From Capsulimonadaceae bacterium (lineage in GTDB: Bacteria > Armatimonadota > Armatimonadia > Armatimonadales > Capsulimonadaceae): a DNA stretch of 64,000 nucleotides. The stretch covers positions 2,656,001-2,720,000 of the forward strand of contig OZ244065.1 of assembly GCA_965215505.1 (NCBI GenBank), given 5' to 3'. The translations under genes were made by a program, and so were the position numbers. A model generated the notes under the pieces. It was not told where the DNA came from, made no database searches, and saw only the letters and a list, made by a program, of their open reading frames with translations. The number at the start of each line of letters is the position of its first letter. Positions within the stretch are counted from its first letter, which is position 1. Below, one piece after another: positions 39,018 through 48,306 of the stretch.

Positions 39018-39347
39018 TCAGTCGGCCTTCTCCTCACTCAGTATTTGCTCCACCCGCTGCCAGTCCAGGACCCGGACGAGCGCCGGCCAGGCTTGAAGGA
39101 CGCGCCGGAATGAGCCGACATCGCGCGCCGGCGCCCCCACGAGCAGCCCGCCGATGAAGCAAGCCGCCCCATAAAGATGTGAGCCGTAAGCATACAAAAT
39201 CCCCAGGGCCGAGGCCGCGATGAGGATGGCCTCGACCTGCCAGGACTGCCGCAGCAACCCGAGGAAAGTCGGCGGTCGCAGGCGGTAGCCCTGATACCGT
39301 TGCAGAACGGTCCGCTGTAGTCTGGTAGTGCCATGAGTCCCCTTCAT
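39018..39347 (-). CDS. Small membrane protein
   Basis: Two TM segments; C-terminal WPALVRVLDWQRVEQIL. Confidence 0.6.
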   Translation of the reverse strand: MKGTHGTTRLQRTVLQRYQGYRLRPPTFLGLLRQSWQVEAILIAASALGILYAYGSHLYGAACFIGGLLVGAPARDVGSFRRVLQAWPALVRVLDWQRVEQILSEEKAD

Positions 39348-39357
39348 TCCTCCGCGC

Positions 39358-40506
39358 TCAGGGCAACGGGAGGTCATTGAACCCAAACGGCGCTTCCACG
39401 GCGCGCACATCGGGGATTTCGATCACCAGCGTCTGCGGCCTGCCGGGGCTGTTCCCGGCACCAGGCGGGGCACGGGTGAAAGGCACGGTGAACCGGACGG
39501 GGTCACCGATGCCATTTTCCACGCGCGCATCGCCGGAGACGTACTCGCGGCCTCGCGCATCAAACAGGTGGACCCGCTTTTCGATCTGGGAATACAGCGG
39601 CAGCACGTCCTGCAAGTCGAACTCCCGCTGCGACACGGACAGATGAACGTCGTAACCACGGCTTGTCGCGGCTATTTTCCGCACGACGTACCGCGACACG
39701 CCCGCCGGGCGCGGCACGGTCCGCGCCGCGTGACGCGCCCGGAGGATGTCCGGCACCGTCCACCATTTGATGTTGAAGCCCACGAACAGCCGCGCCGTGC
39801 CCCTGGCCTCCGCCAGCCGACGGCTGTCAGAAGGCCCGCCGTCCGAGAAGTAGAGGACATTGGACACAAATCCGAAGCCGCCGCCGACCGCCTCGGTGGG
39901 GTTCCCCGGCGCGAAGACCGTCCGGCCCTTCTCGTCCATAGCGGCGTCCAGATGGAGCGCCGGCACCCGGTCGAGCAGGCGCATCTTCGGGTCAACAAGG
40001 AGGAACAGGCTCAACTCCCTGGGCGATTGAGGGGAGCCGGCCATGAACAGCACCAGGCCGTGCCCGGAGATCGGGCACCCTGCCGATATCCCCAGCCCGC
40101 GAGGCACTACGAACAAGGGCTTCGGGCCGGATCCCGTGCCGATGTCAAGGTCAAACCGGGTGCAGAGGGCGCGCAGGGCCAGCCAAAACGGCTGGCGCTC
40201 CATGTCCACGCTGACCGGCGCACGCGGTTTTCCGTCCACGGTGTCGGCGTAGCGCGCGTCAATGCCGATCCCCGCCTGCCGCACCAACTCGTCGAAGACG
40301 GCCTTCCGCGTGGCGCTCTTGAAGTGCAGTGAGACCAGCGTCGGCCCGCCGATCAGCCGGGTCAGCTCGTCCATCGTCACCGTCTTGGCGACGCTGTTAC
40401 CGGCCCTGTTTTCCTGCGCCCGCATGGGGGCGGCGAGAGCAGCCGCTGCCAGCAGTGCAGGGATACAGGCGCGGAAGAAGTGGCCGGTCGTCGTCTGGCT
40501 CGCCAT
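39358..40506 (-). CDS. Secreted hypothetical protein
   Basis: Signal peptide ending MRA-Q; GGAG RBS. Confidence 0.7.
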   Translation of the reverse strand: MASQTTTGHFFRACIPALLAAAALAAPMRAQENRAGNSVAKTVTMDELTRLIGGPTLVSLHFKSATRKAVFDELVRQAGIGIDARYADTVDGKPRAPVSVDMERQPFWLALRALCTRFDLDIGTGSGPKPLFVVPRGLGISAGCPISGHGLVLFMAGSPQSPRELSLFLLVDPKMRLLDRVPALHLDAAMDEKGRTVFAPGNPTEAVGGGFGFVSNVLYFSDGGPSDSRRLAEARGTARLFVGFNIKWWTVPDILRARHAARTVPRPAGVSRYVVRKIAATSRGYDVHLSVSQREFDLQDVLPLYSQIEKRVHLFDARGREYVSGDARVENGIGDPVRFTVPFTRAPPGAGNSPGRPQTLVIEIPDVRAVEAPFGFNDLPLP

Positions 40507-40556
40507 GTCCGTTCTCCGTTCCTCAACCCAGGTCAAGACCCTGCCGCGCGGAGGCC

Positions 40557-40949
40557 TTATCTCCTCACCGGCGGCAGGATGATGACCTCGCCGCCACGCG
40601 CGATCCACTCGCGAACACTCGTGACCTGGGGCGGGCCGTGCCAGGCGTCCTCAAACGGCCCAACCGTCGCGGACACTGAGGGCGCTAAGTCCCGTAACCA
40701 TTCCGCCACCTGGGAGTGATCTTCCTCCGAGGGAGAGTCGCGACGCGCTTTGCAGAGGAAGCCGGAGCCTTGCTCCGCCCCGCCTCCGCCGCCGAAGGTC
40801 AGCCCGCGCGCCGCGACGATGTCAAGGAGCGCATCGAAAAACAGGTCCCTGTCTGGGGCACCCAGAACACGAGCGAAGTTCCAGGCGATGCCGAAACCGA
40901 ACTCCCGGAACTCGCCGCGATGTTTCTTCTTCCGCAGCCTCTTCTTCAT
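40557..40949 (-). CDS. yggL: YggL family (DUF469) 50S-binding protein
   Basis: MKKRLRKKKHRGEFREFGF..FGGGG..DAWH. Confidence 0.85.
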   Translation of the reverse strand: MKKRLRKKKHRGEFREFGFGIAWNFARVLGAPDRDLFFDALLDIVAARGLTFGGGGGAEQGSGFLCKARRDSPSEEDHSQVAEWLRDLAPSVSATVGPFEDAWHGPPQVTSVREWIARGGEVIILPPVRR

Positions 40950-41170
40950 GCGTTCATACCGAAAATTGTCTTCAATGCCGCGCACCGGAAGATAGGAACA
41001 ACGTGCGGTCTGCCTGCCTGTTCCACCCCCGCCGCCCCGAATCCTTCCTTCTTCCCCCTCGCCAAGCCCGCCTGCTTTTGTCCCTTGCGTTTTCTTCGTG
41101 GTCGTGTTATAATTCTCGCAATACAAACGCCGCCCGAGCGCGGCAGCCCCCACGCGGAGGAAGACCACGC

Positions 41171-41965
41171 ATGGCCCTGAAAGAAGTGCAAGTCCCGGCC
41201 GCCGAACCACCGCCCCGCCCCTCGGCCCCACCGCCGCCCAAAATGACTCGGCGCGACGCCTGGTGGGTGCAGCCTTTGATCACTGCCCTCGTCCTCGGCG
41301 GCTTCGCCGTCTACGCCACCTGGCGGGCATTCGAAAACGACCACTACCGGGTCGGGCCGTACCTGTCGCCGTTCTACTCCCCGGAGATCGTCACCAAATG
41401 GATGGTATTGGGGCGGCACTTCTCGCCCGCCCTGTTCATCCTGCCCTTCCCCCTGTTCTTCCGGGCGACCTGCTACTACTACCGCAAGGCCTACTACCGC
41501 GCCTTCTTCTGGGACCCGCCCGCCTGTGCCGTCGGCGAGATCGCGCCGCGCAAGAACTACACCGGCGAGCGCGCGTTTCCGTTCGTCCTGCAAAACCTGC
41601 ACCGCTACGCCTTCTACGGCGCGGTCGTCATCCTGGTCATCCTGTGGTGGGACGCCCTCCTGGCCTTCGACTTCGGCGGGCATTTCGGCATGGGGCTAGG
41701 CTCATTGGTGTTCCTGGTGAACATCGTCCTGCTGAGTCTCTACACGTTCTCCTGCCACTCCTGGCGGCACATGTCCGGCGGCTGCTCCAACTGCTTCTCC
41801 TGCTCGGCGGGGGCGAAGGTCCAGCACAGCGTCTGGGAGCGGGTGACGCACCTGAACGAGAACCACGCGCTGTGGGCGTGGCTGAGTCTGTTCAGCGTCG
41901 TCCTCACCGACCAATATGTGCGCGGCCTGGCAACGGGTCTGTTCCAGGACGTGCGGTTTTTCTAA
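41171..41965 (+). CDS. Succinate dehydrogenase membrane anchor, actinobacterial Sdh1 (Rv0249c-like) type
   Basis: RRDAWW, YLSPFYSP, FRATCYYYRKAYYRAF..PPACAV, QNLHRY, SCHSWRH. Confidence 0.9.
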   Translation: MALKEVQVPAAEPPPRPSAPPPPKMTRRDAWWVQPLITALVLGGFAVYATWRAFENDHYRVGPYLSPFYSPEIVTKWMVLGRHFSPALFILPFPLFFRATCYYYRKAYYRAFFWDPPACAVGEIAPRKNYTGERAFPFVLQNLHRYAFYGAVVILVILWWDALLAFDFGGHFGMGLGSLVFLVNIVLLSLYTFSCHSWRHMSGGCSNCFSCSAGAKVQHSVWERVTHLNENHALWAWLSLFSVVLTDQYVRGLATGLFQDVRFF

Positions 41966-41967
41966 AC

Positions 41968-42083
41968 GTAGGGGCAGGCCCCCGTGCCTGTCCTTCCCTC
42001 CCCTGATCTGGGACGGACAACGCGGCCACAAACAACGCGGGCGGCCACAAACAACGCGGGCGGCCACAGAGGGCCGCCCCTAC
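41968..42083. repeat. Inverted GTAG-type REP pair with an internal 19-bp duplication
   Basis: GTAGGGGCAGGCCCCCGTGCCTGTCC ... repeated ACAACGCGGGCGGCCACA, then GAGGGCCGCCCCTAC. Confidence 0.85.
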
Positions 42084-42107
42084 CACATCAAATTGGCATA
42101 ACATATT

Positions 42108-43901
42108 ATGGACGCATACGAGACATTCGAATCGGACGTACTGATCGTCGGCGCGGGCGGCGCGGGCCTGCGGGCGACGGTCGCCGCCCGCGAGGCGGGC
42201 CGCAGCGTGAACCTCGTCTGCAAGTCGCTGCTGGGCAAGGCGCACACGGTCATGGCCGAAGGCGGTGTCGCCGCCGCTTTGGGCAACATGGGCGAGCCGG
42301 ACGACTGGAAGGTCCACTTCATGGACACCATGAAGGGCGGCCAGTTCCTCAACAACCCGCGCACCGTCGAGATCTTCGCCCAGGAGGCACCCGAGCGGGT
42401 TTTGGAACTGGAACAGTACGGGGCGGTCTTCGACCGGACGCCGCAGGGCTTGATCTCCCAGCGGCCCTTCGGCGGCCACACCTACCGGCGCTTGAACCAC
42501 GTTGGCGACCGGACGGGGCTTGAGCTGATCCGCACCATGCAGGACAAGGCCGTCTCGTATGGCATGGACGTCCACATGGAGGTGACGCTGACGAAGCTGC
42601 TCACCGAGGCGGGCCGCGTGGTCGGCGCGTTCGGCTACTCGCGCGAGACGGGCCGGTTCGTCGTCTTCCGCGCCAAGGCCGTCGTGCTGGCGACGGGCGG
42701 CTGGGGGCGCATGTTCAAGGTGACCTCCAACTCCTGGGAGTCCACGGGCGACGGCCTGATGATGGCCTACGAGGCGGGCGCGGAATTGCTGGACATGGAG
42801 ATGGTCCAGTTCCACCCGACCGGCATGGTCTGGCCGCCCGGCGTCCGGGGCCTGCTCATCACCGAGGGTGTGCGGGGCGAGGGCGGCGTGCTGAAGAACA
42901 AGAACGGCGAGCGATTCATGTTCAATGACGCCTACATGCCGGACAACTACAAAGGCCAGTTCGCCGAGACCGACGAGGAGGGCGTCCGGTGGCTGGATGA
43001 CAAAAAGAACAACCGCCGCCCGCCCGAGCTTCTGCCGCGCGACGTGGTCGCCCGCGCCATCTACAAAGAGGTCCTGGCGGGCCGGGGCAGCGAACACGGC
43101 GGCGTCTACCTGGACGTGTCCCACCGGGGCGAGGCCTACGTCAAGCGCAAGCTGCCCTCCATGTACGAGCAGTTCCACGCGCTGGGCGACGTGGACATCA
43201 CCAAGCAGCCGATGGAGGTCTACCCCACCATCCACTACACCATGGGCGGCATTCTGGCCGACCCCGAAACCGGCGCGACCACGGTCCCCGGCCTCTACAC
43301 GGCGGGCGAGTCGGCGGCAGGCCTGCACGGGGCGAACCGCCTGGGCGGCAACTCCCTTTCCGACATCTTGGTATTCGGCAAGCGCGCCGGGGATGCGGCG
43401 GCAGCCTACAGCCAGACCGTCTCCTTGGGGGCAATCAACACGGACCAGATCGCCGACGAGGCCGCCCTGATGCTGACCCCCTTCGAGAGCGGCGGGGACG
43501 AGAACCCCTACACGCTCACTGCGGAGCTTCAGGAGGCTATGCAGAAGGGCGCGATGATCGCCCGCACCGAGGAGGGCCTCACGGCCTGCCTCACGACCAT
43601 CTTGGAACTCCAGGCCCGCGCCAAGAACCTATGCATTCAAGGCTCGCGCATGTTCAACCCCGGCTGGCACGGGGCGCGTGATATCCGCTTCATGCTGAAG
43701 ACGAGTGAGATCATCGTCCGCTGCGCCCTCGCCCGCAAAGAGAGCCGGGGCGCGCAGTGGCGTCTGGACTTCCCCGACAAGGACCCGCAGTGGGCGAAGC
43801 AGAACCTCATCACCGTCAAGGACGGCGAGCAGGTGAAGATCACCCCCCGCCCCCTGCCCGAAATGCCGCCGCATCTGGCGGCGTTGTTTGAGGGGAAGTA
43901 G
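42108..43901 (+). CDS. sdhA: Succinate dehydrogenase/fumarate reductase flavoprotein
   Basis: GAGGAG, KAHTVMAEGG, QFHPTG, TEGVRGEGG, HYTMGG, HGANRLGGNSL, ESRGA. Confidence 0.97.
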   Translation: MDAYETFESDVLIVGAGGAGLRATVAAREAGRSVNLVCKSLLGKAHTVMAEGGVAAALGNMGEPDDWKVHFMDTMKGGQFLNNPRTVEIFAQEAPERVLELEQYGAVFDRTPQGLISQRPFGGHTYRRLNHVGDRTGLELIRTMQDKAVSYGMDVHMEVTLTKLLTEAGRVVGAFGYSRETGRFVVFRAKAVVLATGGWGRMFKVTSNSWESTGDGLMMAYEAGAELLDMEMVQFHPTGMVWPPGVRGLLITEGVRGEGGVLKNKNGERFMFNDAYMPDNYKGQFAETDEEGVRWLDDKKNNRRPPELLPRDVVARAIYKEVLAGRGSEHGGVYLDVSHRGEAYVKRKLPSMYEQFHALGDVDITKQPMEVYPTIHYTMGGILADPETGATTVPGLYTAGESAAGLHGANRLGGNSLSDILVFGKRAGDAAAAYSQTVSLGAINTDQIADEAALMLTPFESGGDENPYTLTAELQEAMQKGAMIARTEEGLTACLTTILELQARAKNLCIQGSRMFNPGWHGARDIRFMLKTSEIIVRCALARKESRGAQWRLDFPDKDPQWAKQNLITVKDGEQVKITPRPLPEMPPHLAALFEGK

Positions 43902-43913
43902 AGCGACATTAGC

Positions 43914-44132
43914 ATGAAGTTCCAGACTGACGACTTGCTTGTTCGCCTCCGTTGGGTGCAGACTGTTTGGACCATTGCCCTTTGCTTTGTCACCTATAAA
44001 TGCTTTGAAGGTCAAGGCTGGTCCGTTATCACGATCCTAGCCGCGATATACAGTGTCAGCTCGATCCTATCGGCGGGCCGTGCCTGGATGCTGGCTTTAG
44101 GCCGCAAAAAGGCTGGCAAAACGCAGGTATGA
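43914..44132 (+). CDS. Small 2-TM protein
   Basis: 72 aa, AT-richer codons. Confidence 0.5.
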   Translation: MKFQTDDLLVRLRWVQTVWTIALCFVTYKCFEGQGWSVITILAAIYSVSSILSAGRAWMLALGRKKAGKTQV

Positions 44133-44226
44133 AAAGCATGGGGAGCAGACTCATAGCAGAACGATGAGGGATGGCGTGCCGCGCCCACTCCACAAAATGC
44201 TATACTGAGTCGTAGGGGGGAAGCTC

Positions 44227-44589
44227 ATGGCGGGAATACTGACACGGAAAATGGCAGGCGATACGGACATGACGGGAGCGAATGCAACTGGCCAACAATT
44301 GCATGACAGGGCGACGCGCGGGGAGGCATTGACCCAGACGGAGCAGGCGAGCCTGGCGGCCTGGTATGAGCGTCAGGATGCGGAGGAAGCGGCGATGCTT
44401 GCCGCATCAAGGCCGGTGACGGAGGCGGCGCTGCGGCGGCTTCGGGAGGAAGTGGAGGCGGAGGCGGCGCGCGTGCTGACGGTGACGCAACAGATCCAGG
44501 CGCAGGTCGCCGAAAACGAGGCGCTGCGTCAGGAGATCGCGGCACTCACTCAGAGGCTGGCACGGTCGGCGGTCCCGCAGCCCATATGA
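44227..44589 (+). CDS. Hypothetical coiled-coil protein, partner of the HNH gene
   Basis: LHDRATRGEALT..WYERQD; ATGA overlap with the HNH gene; TGCTATACT extended -10 near 44198; start may instead be 44269. Confidence 0.7.
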   Translation: MAGILTRKMAGDTDMTGANATGQQLHDRATRGEALTQTEQASLAAWYERQDAEEAAMLAASRPVTEAALRRLREEVEAEAARVLTVTQQIQAQVAENEALRQEIAALTQRLARSAVPQPI

Positions 44590-45128
44590 GCATCCCCGAA
44601 GCAGTGCGGGAGCAGGTGCGTCAGCGGGCCGGCTTCGCCTGCGAATATTACGGGGCCACGGAAACCGACACGGCGGGACAGTTGACGCTGGACCACTTCC
44701 GCCCGCGGGCGAAAGGCGGGAGCGATGCGCCTGGTAATTTGGTTTACTGCTGCCATCGCTGCAACGAATACAAGTCGGACTACTGGCCGCAAACGCCTGA
44801 CGCCCAGGCCCTGTGGAATCCGCGTCAAGAGGCAGCCCAGAATCATTTCCTGGAACTGGCAGACGGGAGCCTCCACGCCCTGGATGCCACGGGAGAACTC
44901 ACACTCAGCCGCCTGCGTCTCAACCGGCCTGCGCTCATCGCCCACCGTCTACAGCAGCGACAGAGCCGCGAAGAGCAACGCCTGCTGACGCGCTTGCATG
45001 ACATGGTTGCGCTCTTCGGCCAAGGCCAGAGACAGCAAACGATCCTGCTGCAAGAGCATCGGGATCTACTGCAACAGCAGCTTCGCGTAATGCAGGCGCT
45101 CCTAAATCGGAAGCCCGGAGACGAGTAA
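44586..45128 (+). CDS. HNH endonuclease family protein
   Basis: VRQRAGFACEYY, LDHFRPRAKGGSD..NLVYCCHRCNEYK, LWNPR, LRLNRP. Confidence 0.88.
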   Translation: MSIPEAVREQVRQRAGFACEYYGATETDTAGQLTLDHFRPRAKGGSDAPGNLVYCCHRCNEYKSDYWPQTPDAQALWNPRQEAAQNHFLELADGSLHALDATGELTLSRLRLNRPALIAHRLQQRQSREEQRLLTRLHDMVALFGQGQRQQTILLQEHRDLLQQQLRVMQALLNRKPGDE

Positions 45129-45151
45129 GCGCGGTAAGAAACGGAAACCAA

Positions 45152-45898
45152 ATGCCAGACCAGATCACACTGAACGTGTTTCGCGGGGACGCCGAGGGCG
45201 GCGGCGAGATCAAATCGTATGACGTGCCGACGTTCGCCGGGATGGTGGTTTTGGACGCCATCCACTATGTCCAGGCCAACCAGGACAGCTCGCTGGCCTG
45301 CCGGTGGAACTGCAAGGCGGCCAAGTGCGGCTCGTGCAGCGCCGAGGTGGACGGCCGGCCCAAGCTGCTGTGCAAGACGCGCGTGGACCAGTACCCGACC
45401 GGCAGCATCAGCGTCGGACCGCTGCGGGCCTTCCCGCTGCTGAAGGATCTGGTCACGGACGTCTCGTGGAACTACCGGACGGCCCGCAAGATCCCGCCGC
45501 TGACGCCCGCCGCCGATGCGCCCAAACCGTTCGTCATGCAGCAGGTGGACGTGGACCGGGTGCAGGAGTTCCGCAAGTGCATCGAGTGCTTCTTGTGCCA
45601 GGACGTCTGCCACGTCATCCGCGAACACCACCGGCAGGACGCCTTTTTTGGGCCGCGCCAGATGGTCCGCATGGCCGCCCTGGAAATGCACCCGATGGAC
45701 ACGGTCAACCGCCGGGAACAACTCAAGGGTGAGGCAGGAGTGGGCTTCTGCAACATCACGAAGTGCTGCACGGAGGTCTGCCCGGAACACATCCACATCA
45801 CCGACAACGCGATCATCCCCTTGAAGGAGCGCGTGGTGGATGACTACTTCGACCCGGTGCGGAAGCTGATCCAGATCTTTGTCGGAAAGAAGAAGTAA
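45152..45898 (+). CDS. sdhB: Succinate dehydrogenase iron-sulfur subunit
   Basis: RWNCKAAKCGSC, CIECFLCQDVC, CNITKCCTEVCP. Confidence 0.97.
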   Translation: MPDQITLNVFRGDAEGGGEIKSYDVPTFAGMVVLDAIHYVQANQDSSLACRWNCKAAKCGSCSAEVDGRPKLLCKTRVDQYPTGSISVGPLRAFPLLKDLVTDVSWNYRTARKIPPLTPAADAPKPFVMQQVDVDRVQEFRKCIECFLCQDVCHVIREHHRQDAFFGPRQMVRMAALEMHPMDTVNRREQLKGEAGVGFCNITKCCTEVCPEHIHITDNAIIPLKERVVDDYFDPVRKLIQIFVGKKK

Positions 45899-45946
45899 GA
45901 GATGAAGTGACCTGAATGCCGCGCAGCGGCGGGAAAGGAAGCGACC

Positions 45947-46192
45947 ATGTCCGAGGAGACTACGGCGGCGGAAAAAGCCTGCCTGCGGTGCGGCGGGGGG
46001 CGTCTGCTGGCCGCCCAACTGGAGAACCCGATCGCCTTTTGCTTGGACCATGCGGCCCACCACGGGCGAGTCCACCTGAGCTTGAAGGCGCTGCTGTGCC
46101 AGGACTGCGGCCACGTCGAGTTCTGGACGCCCGACCCGTCCCGGATCGTGCGGGAGCGCGAGGCGGCGACGATCCAGGAAGAGGATTTCTGA
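45947..46192 (+). CDS. Small zinc-ribbon protein
   Basis: CLRC...CQDCGHVEFW; AAGGA RBS. Confidence 0.75.
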   Translation: MSEETTAAEKACLRCGGGRLLAAQLENPIAFCLDHAAHHGRVHLSLKALLCQDCGHVEFWTPDPSRIVREREAATIQEEDF

Positions 46193-46213
46193 GGAAGGCC
46201 CGGCCCGGAGGCT

Positions 46214-46241
46214 GTAGGGGCGCCGCTTGCCGCGCCCCTAC
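46214..46241. repeat. GTAG-type REP
   Basis: GTAGGGGCGCCGCTTGCCGCGCCCCTAC. Confidence 0.8.
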
Positions 46242-46276
46242 ATGTGCATCCCCTCTGCCGCCAGATTGGCGATCCT

Positions 46277-48013
46277 TCACCTATTCCCCGCCGGAACGAC
46301 GTAGAGCGTGACGCTCTGGGCGGGCAGGGTCGCCGACAGGTGCCCTGCCGTCAAGGCGGTGTCAGGCAGGCGCGTGATCGCGCCGCCTGCGAGTTGCCAT
46401 GCCTGGGCCGCCGCGCCCGCCGCGAAGTGGGCCAGGGACAGGGCGACCGGCGTCGGGCCGGACAGCGACTTGTTGACGACCATGACGGTCAAGGCCCCAT
46501 CGGACTGGCGCAGGGCGGCGAACGAGGCCAGGGTGTCCGGGTCGGGGACTCGGTCCGCGACGCTGATGCTGCCGAAGGTGGACTTCTTGCCGTCGTAGTT
46601 GCGGTACATCTGCATCGCTTTGAAAGTGGGCGAGGTGATCGCGGGCGTGGTCCAGCGCGTCGCCAGATCCAGGCCCTCCCGCCCGAAGATGCCCCAAATG
46701 TCCGCCTGAGCGGTCGCACCGCTCATGCTCCCCTCGGCCCCCCAATTATACTCGGTGATGCCGGTCTTGGTGCCGGGGTAGTAGGTCTGCACCCACTTCT
46801 TCAGGCGCGGGATGAGCATGACCTTGGCCTTGATCCAGCTCTCGTCCGTGTAGTTCGGGTCCCACAGGGCGCGCGTGGAGCGGTTCCGCAGGGCCTCGAT
46901 TTTGGGCGTGACGTCGTCGGTAAAGTCGCCGCCCTGCGGGTAGATGTGGGCGGTGAAGACGTCCAGCGACCGCTTACCGGTCTTCAGATCGTGCTTATGC
47001 ACCTGGTCCAGCAGCCAGGGCAGATAGTCCATGCCGCCGTGCGCCGCCCGGTCGGGGAAGGTCCCGTTCCAGCCGTGGGCGGCCCCGTACTGCTCGTCTG
47101 CGCCGCTGTAGAGGAAGCCGTTCCAGCCCCACTCCTCCGGCCCGAGCGTCTTGGCGGCGGGGTCCACCGACTTGATCATGGCGCTATAGGTCAGCATGTC
47201 GTCCAGGATCTCCTGCATCGTCGCCCCCTTCGGGTGGGCGTCCCGGTGGGTGCCGTTCCACAAAGCCGGCTCGTTGTCCAGCAGATACCAGCCAACGCCG
47301 CCCGCCGGGGCCTTGCCCCACTTGGCCGTCAGATGGTCCAGCCAGCCGCGCTGGAAATCGGGAGTCGCGGGCGTGTTGGCGTCGTTCGGGTCGCCGGCGG
47401 GGACCTCGGTCTTGCCGTCCGGCTTCAGTCCGTTGCCCGCGTCGGCCATGTAGGGGTCGGTCTTCTGCTGCGGGCCGTACTTCTTGACCGAGAACCCGGC
47501 CAGCTTCTCCCGGTTCGGGCCGAGCTTCGCCACCCAGCCGAGCATCGGGACAGTCAGCATCGGCTGCGCCCCGCCCGCCTTGGACGCGGCGACGAAGGTG
47601 TCGCCGCTCTCGCCGGGCACGGCGCTGGCCTCGCCGATGCTCTCAAAGAAGTAGTCATTGGCGTGGTTGGAGGCGTTCAGCTTCCAGTTGTAGCGCGTCG
47701 AGCCGTTGCCGCCGCTGCGGTTGAGCGTGGCGTTCAGTGCTTGAAGCTGCTCTTTGGAGCCGAAGGCGGTCCCGTAGATGAGGGCGCTGATGAGGTGCCG
47801 GTCCGCCCCGGCGTCCACCGTGATCGGCGTCGGCAGCCCCGCGCCGGGGATGTCCGGTGCGGCCTGGAAGTGCGGGCCGGGCGCGGCGGTGGGCAGGCGT
47901 CCCGGCGCGGGTCCGATCTGTGGGGGAGCCGGCGGCAGGTCGTTCTGCGCCTTTGCGGCGGAAAAAGCGCCCAGGCCGAGGCCGGCGCAGAGGGCAAGTG
48001 TGAGTTTGTTCAT
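46277..48013 (-). CDS. Secreted glycoside hydrolase family 44
   Basis: ISALIYG, GGNGSTRYNW, LDNEPALW..THRD.HP, GITEYNWG, QADIWGIFGREG. Confidence 0.9.
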   Translation of the reverse strand: MNKLTLALCAGLGLGAFSAAKAQNDLPPAPPQIGPAPGRLPTAAPGPHFQAAPDIPGAGLPTPITVDAGADRHLISALIYGTAFGSKEQLQALNATLNRSGGNGSTRYNWKLNASNHANDYFFESIGEASAVPGESGDTFVAASKAGGAQPMLTVPMLGWVAKLGPNREKLAGFSVKKYGPQQKTDPYMADAGNGLKPDGKTEVPAGDPNDANTPATPDFQRGWLDHLTAKWGKAPAGGVGWYLLDNEPALWNGTHRDAHPKGATMQEILDDMLTYSAMIKSVDPAAKTLGPEEWGWNGFLYSGADEQYGAAHGWNGTFPDRAAHGGMDYLPWLLDQVHKHDLKTGKRSLDVFTAHIYPQGGDFTDDVTPKIEALRNRSTRALWDPNYTDESWIKAKVMLIPRLKKWVQTYYPGTKTGITEYNWGAEGSMSGATAQADIWGIFGREGLDLATRWTTPAITSPTFKAMQMYRNYDGKKSTFGSISVADRVPDPDTLASFAALRQSDGALTVMVVNKSLSGPTPVALSLAHFAAGAAAQAWQLAGGAITRLPDTALTAGHLSATLPAQSVTLYVVPAGNR

Positions 48014-48068
48014 GGTGTGTATAGTGGGTGTTATGTGGTGAATGCCGTTGTGTACGCGCCGGGCGGGA

Positions 48069-48241
48069 CGAGTGAATGAATTCACTCGCTGACGCAGGAT
48101 TTGTCTAGGGGACAACAGGAACCGGATTAAAGGCCATCCCGGAAAGCAGAGAGTGGCGGAGTTCAAGGAATGCTATCTGGCCCTTTCCCCTCTTCTGTCC
48201 CCTGGACAGGTCCGGCGGCAGCGAGTGAATTCATTCACTCG
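48069..48241. repeat. GAGTGA-type REPIN/MITE-like element, copy 4
   Basis: CGAGTGAATGAATTCACTCGC ... GCGAGTGAATTCATTCACTCG. Confidence 0.85.
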
Positions 48242-48306
48242 TCTTCATCCACTCGTCTCGGTTCCCGTTCCCAATTCTCCGCCCCCGACAGGCACTCTTC
48301 TCATAC

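Noticed and set aside
44586-45128. HNH gene as an intron- or intein-encoded homing endonuclease
   Set aside because: sdhA and sdhB are both intact, so the HNH gene is free-standing between them.
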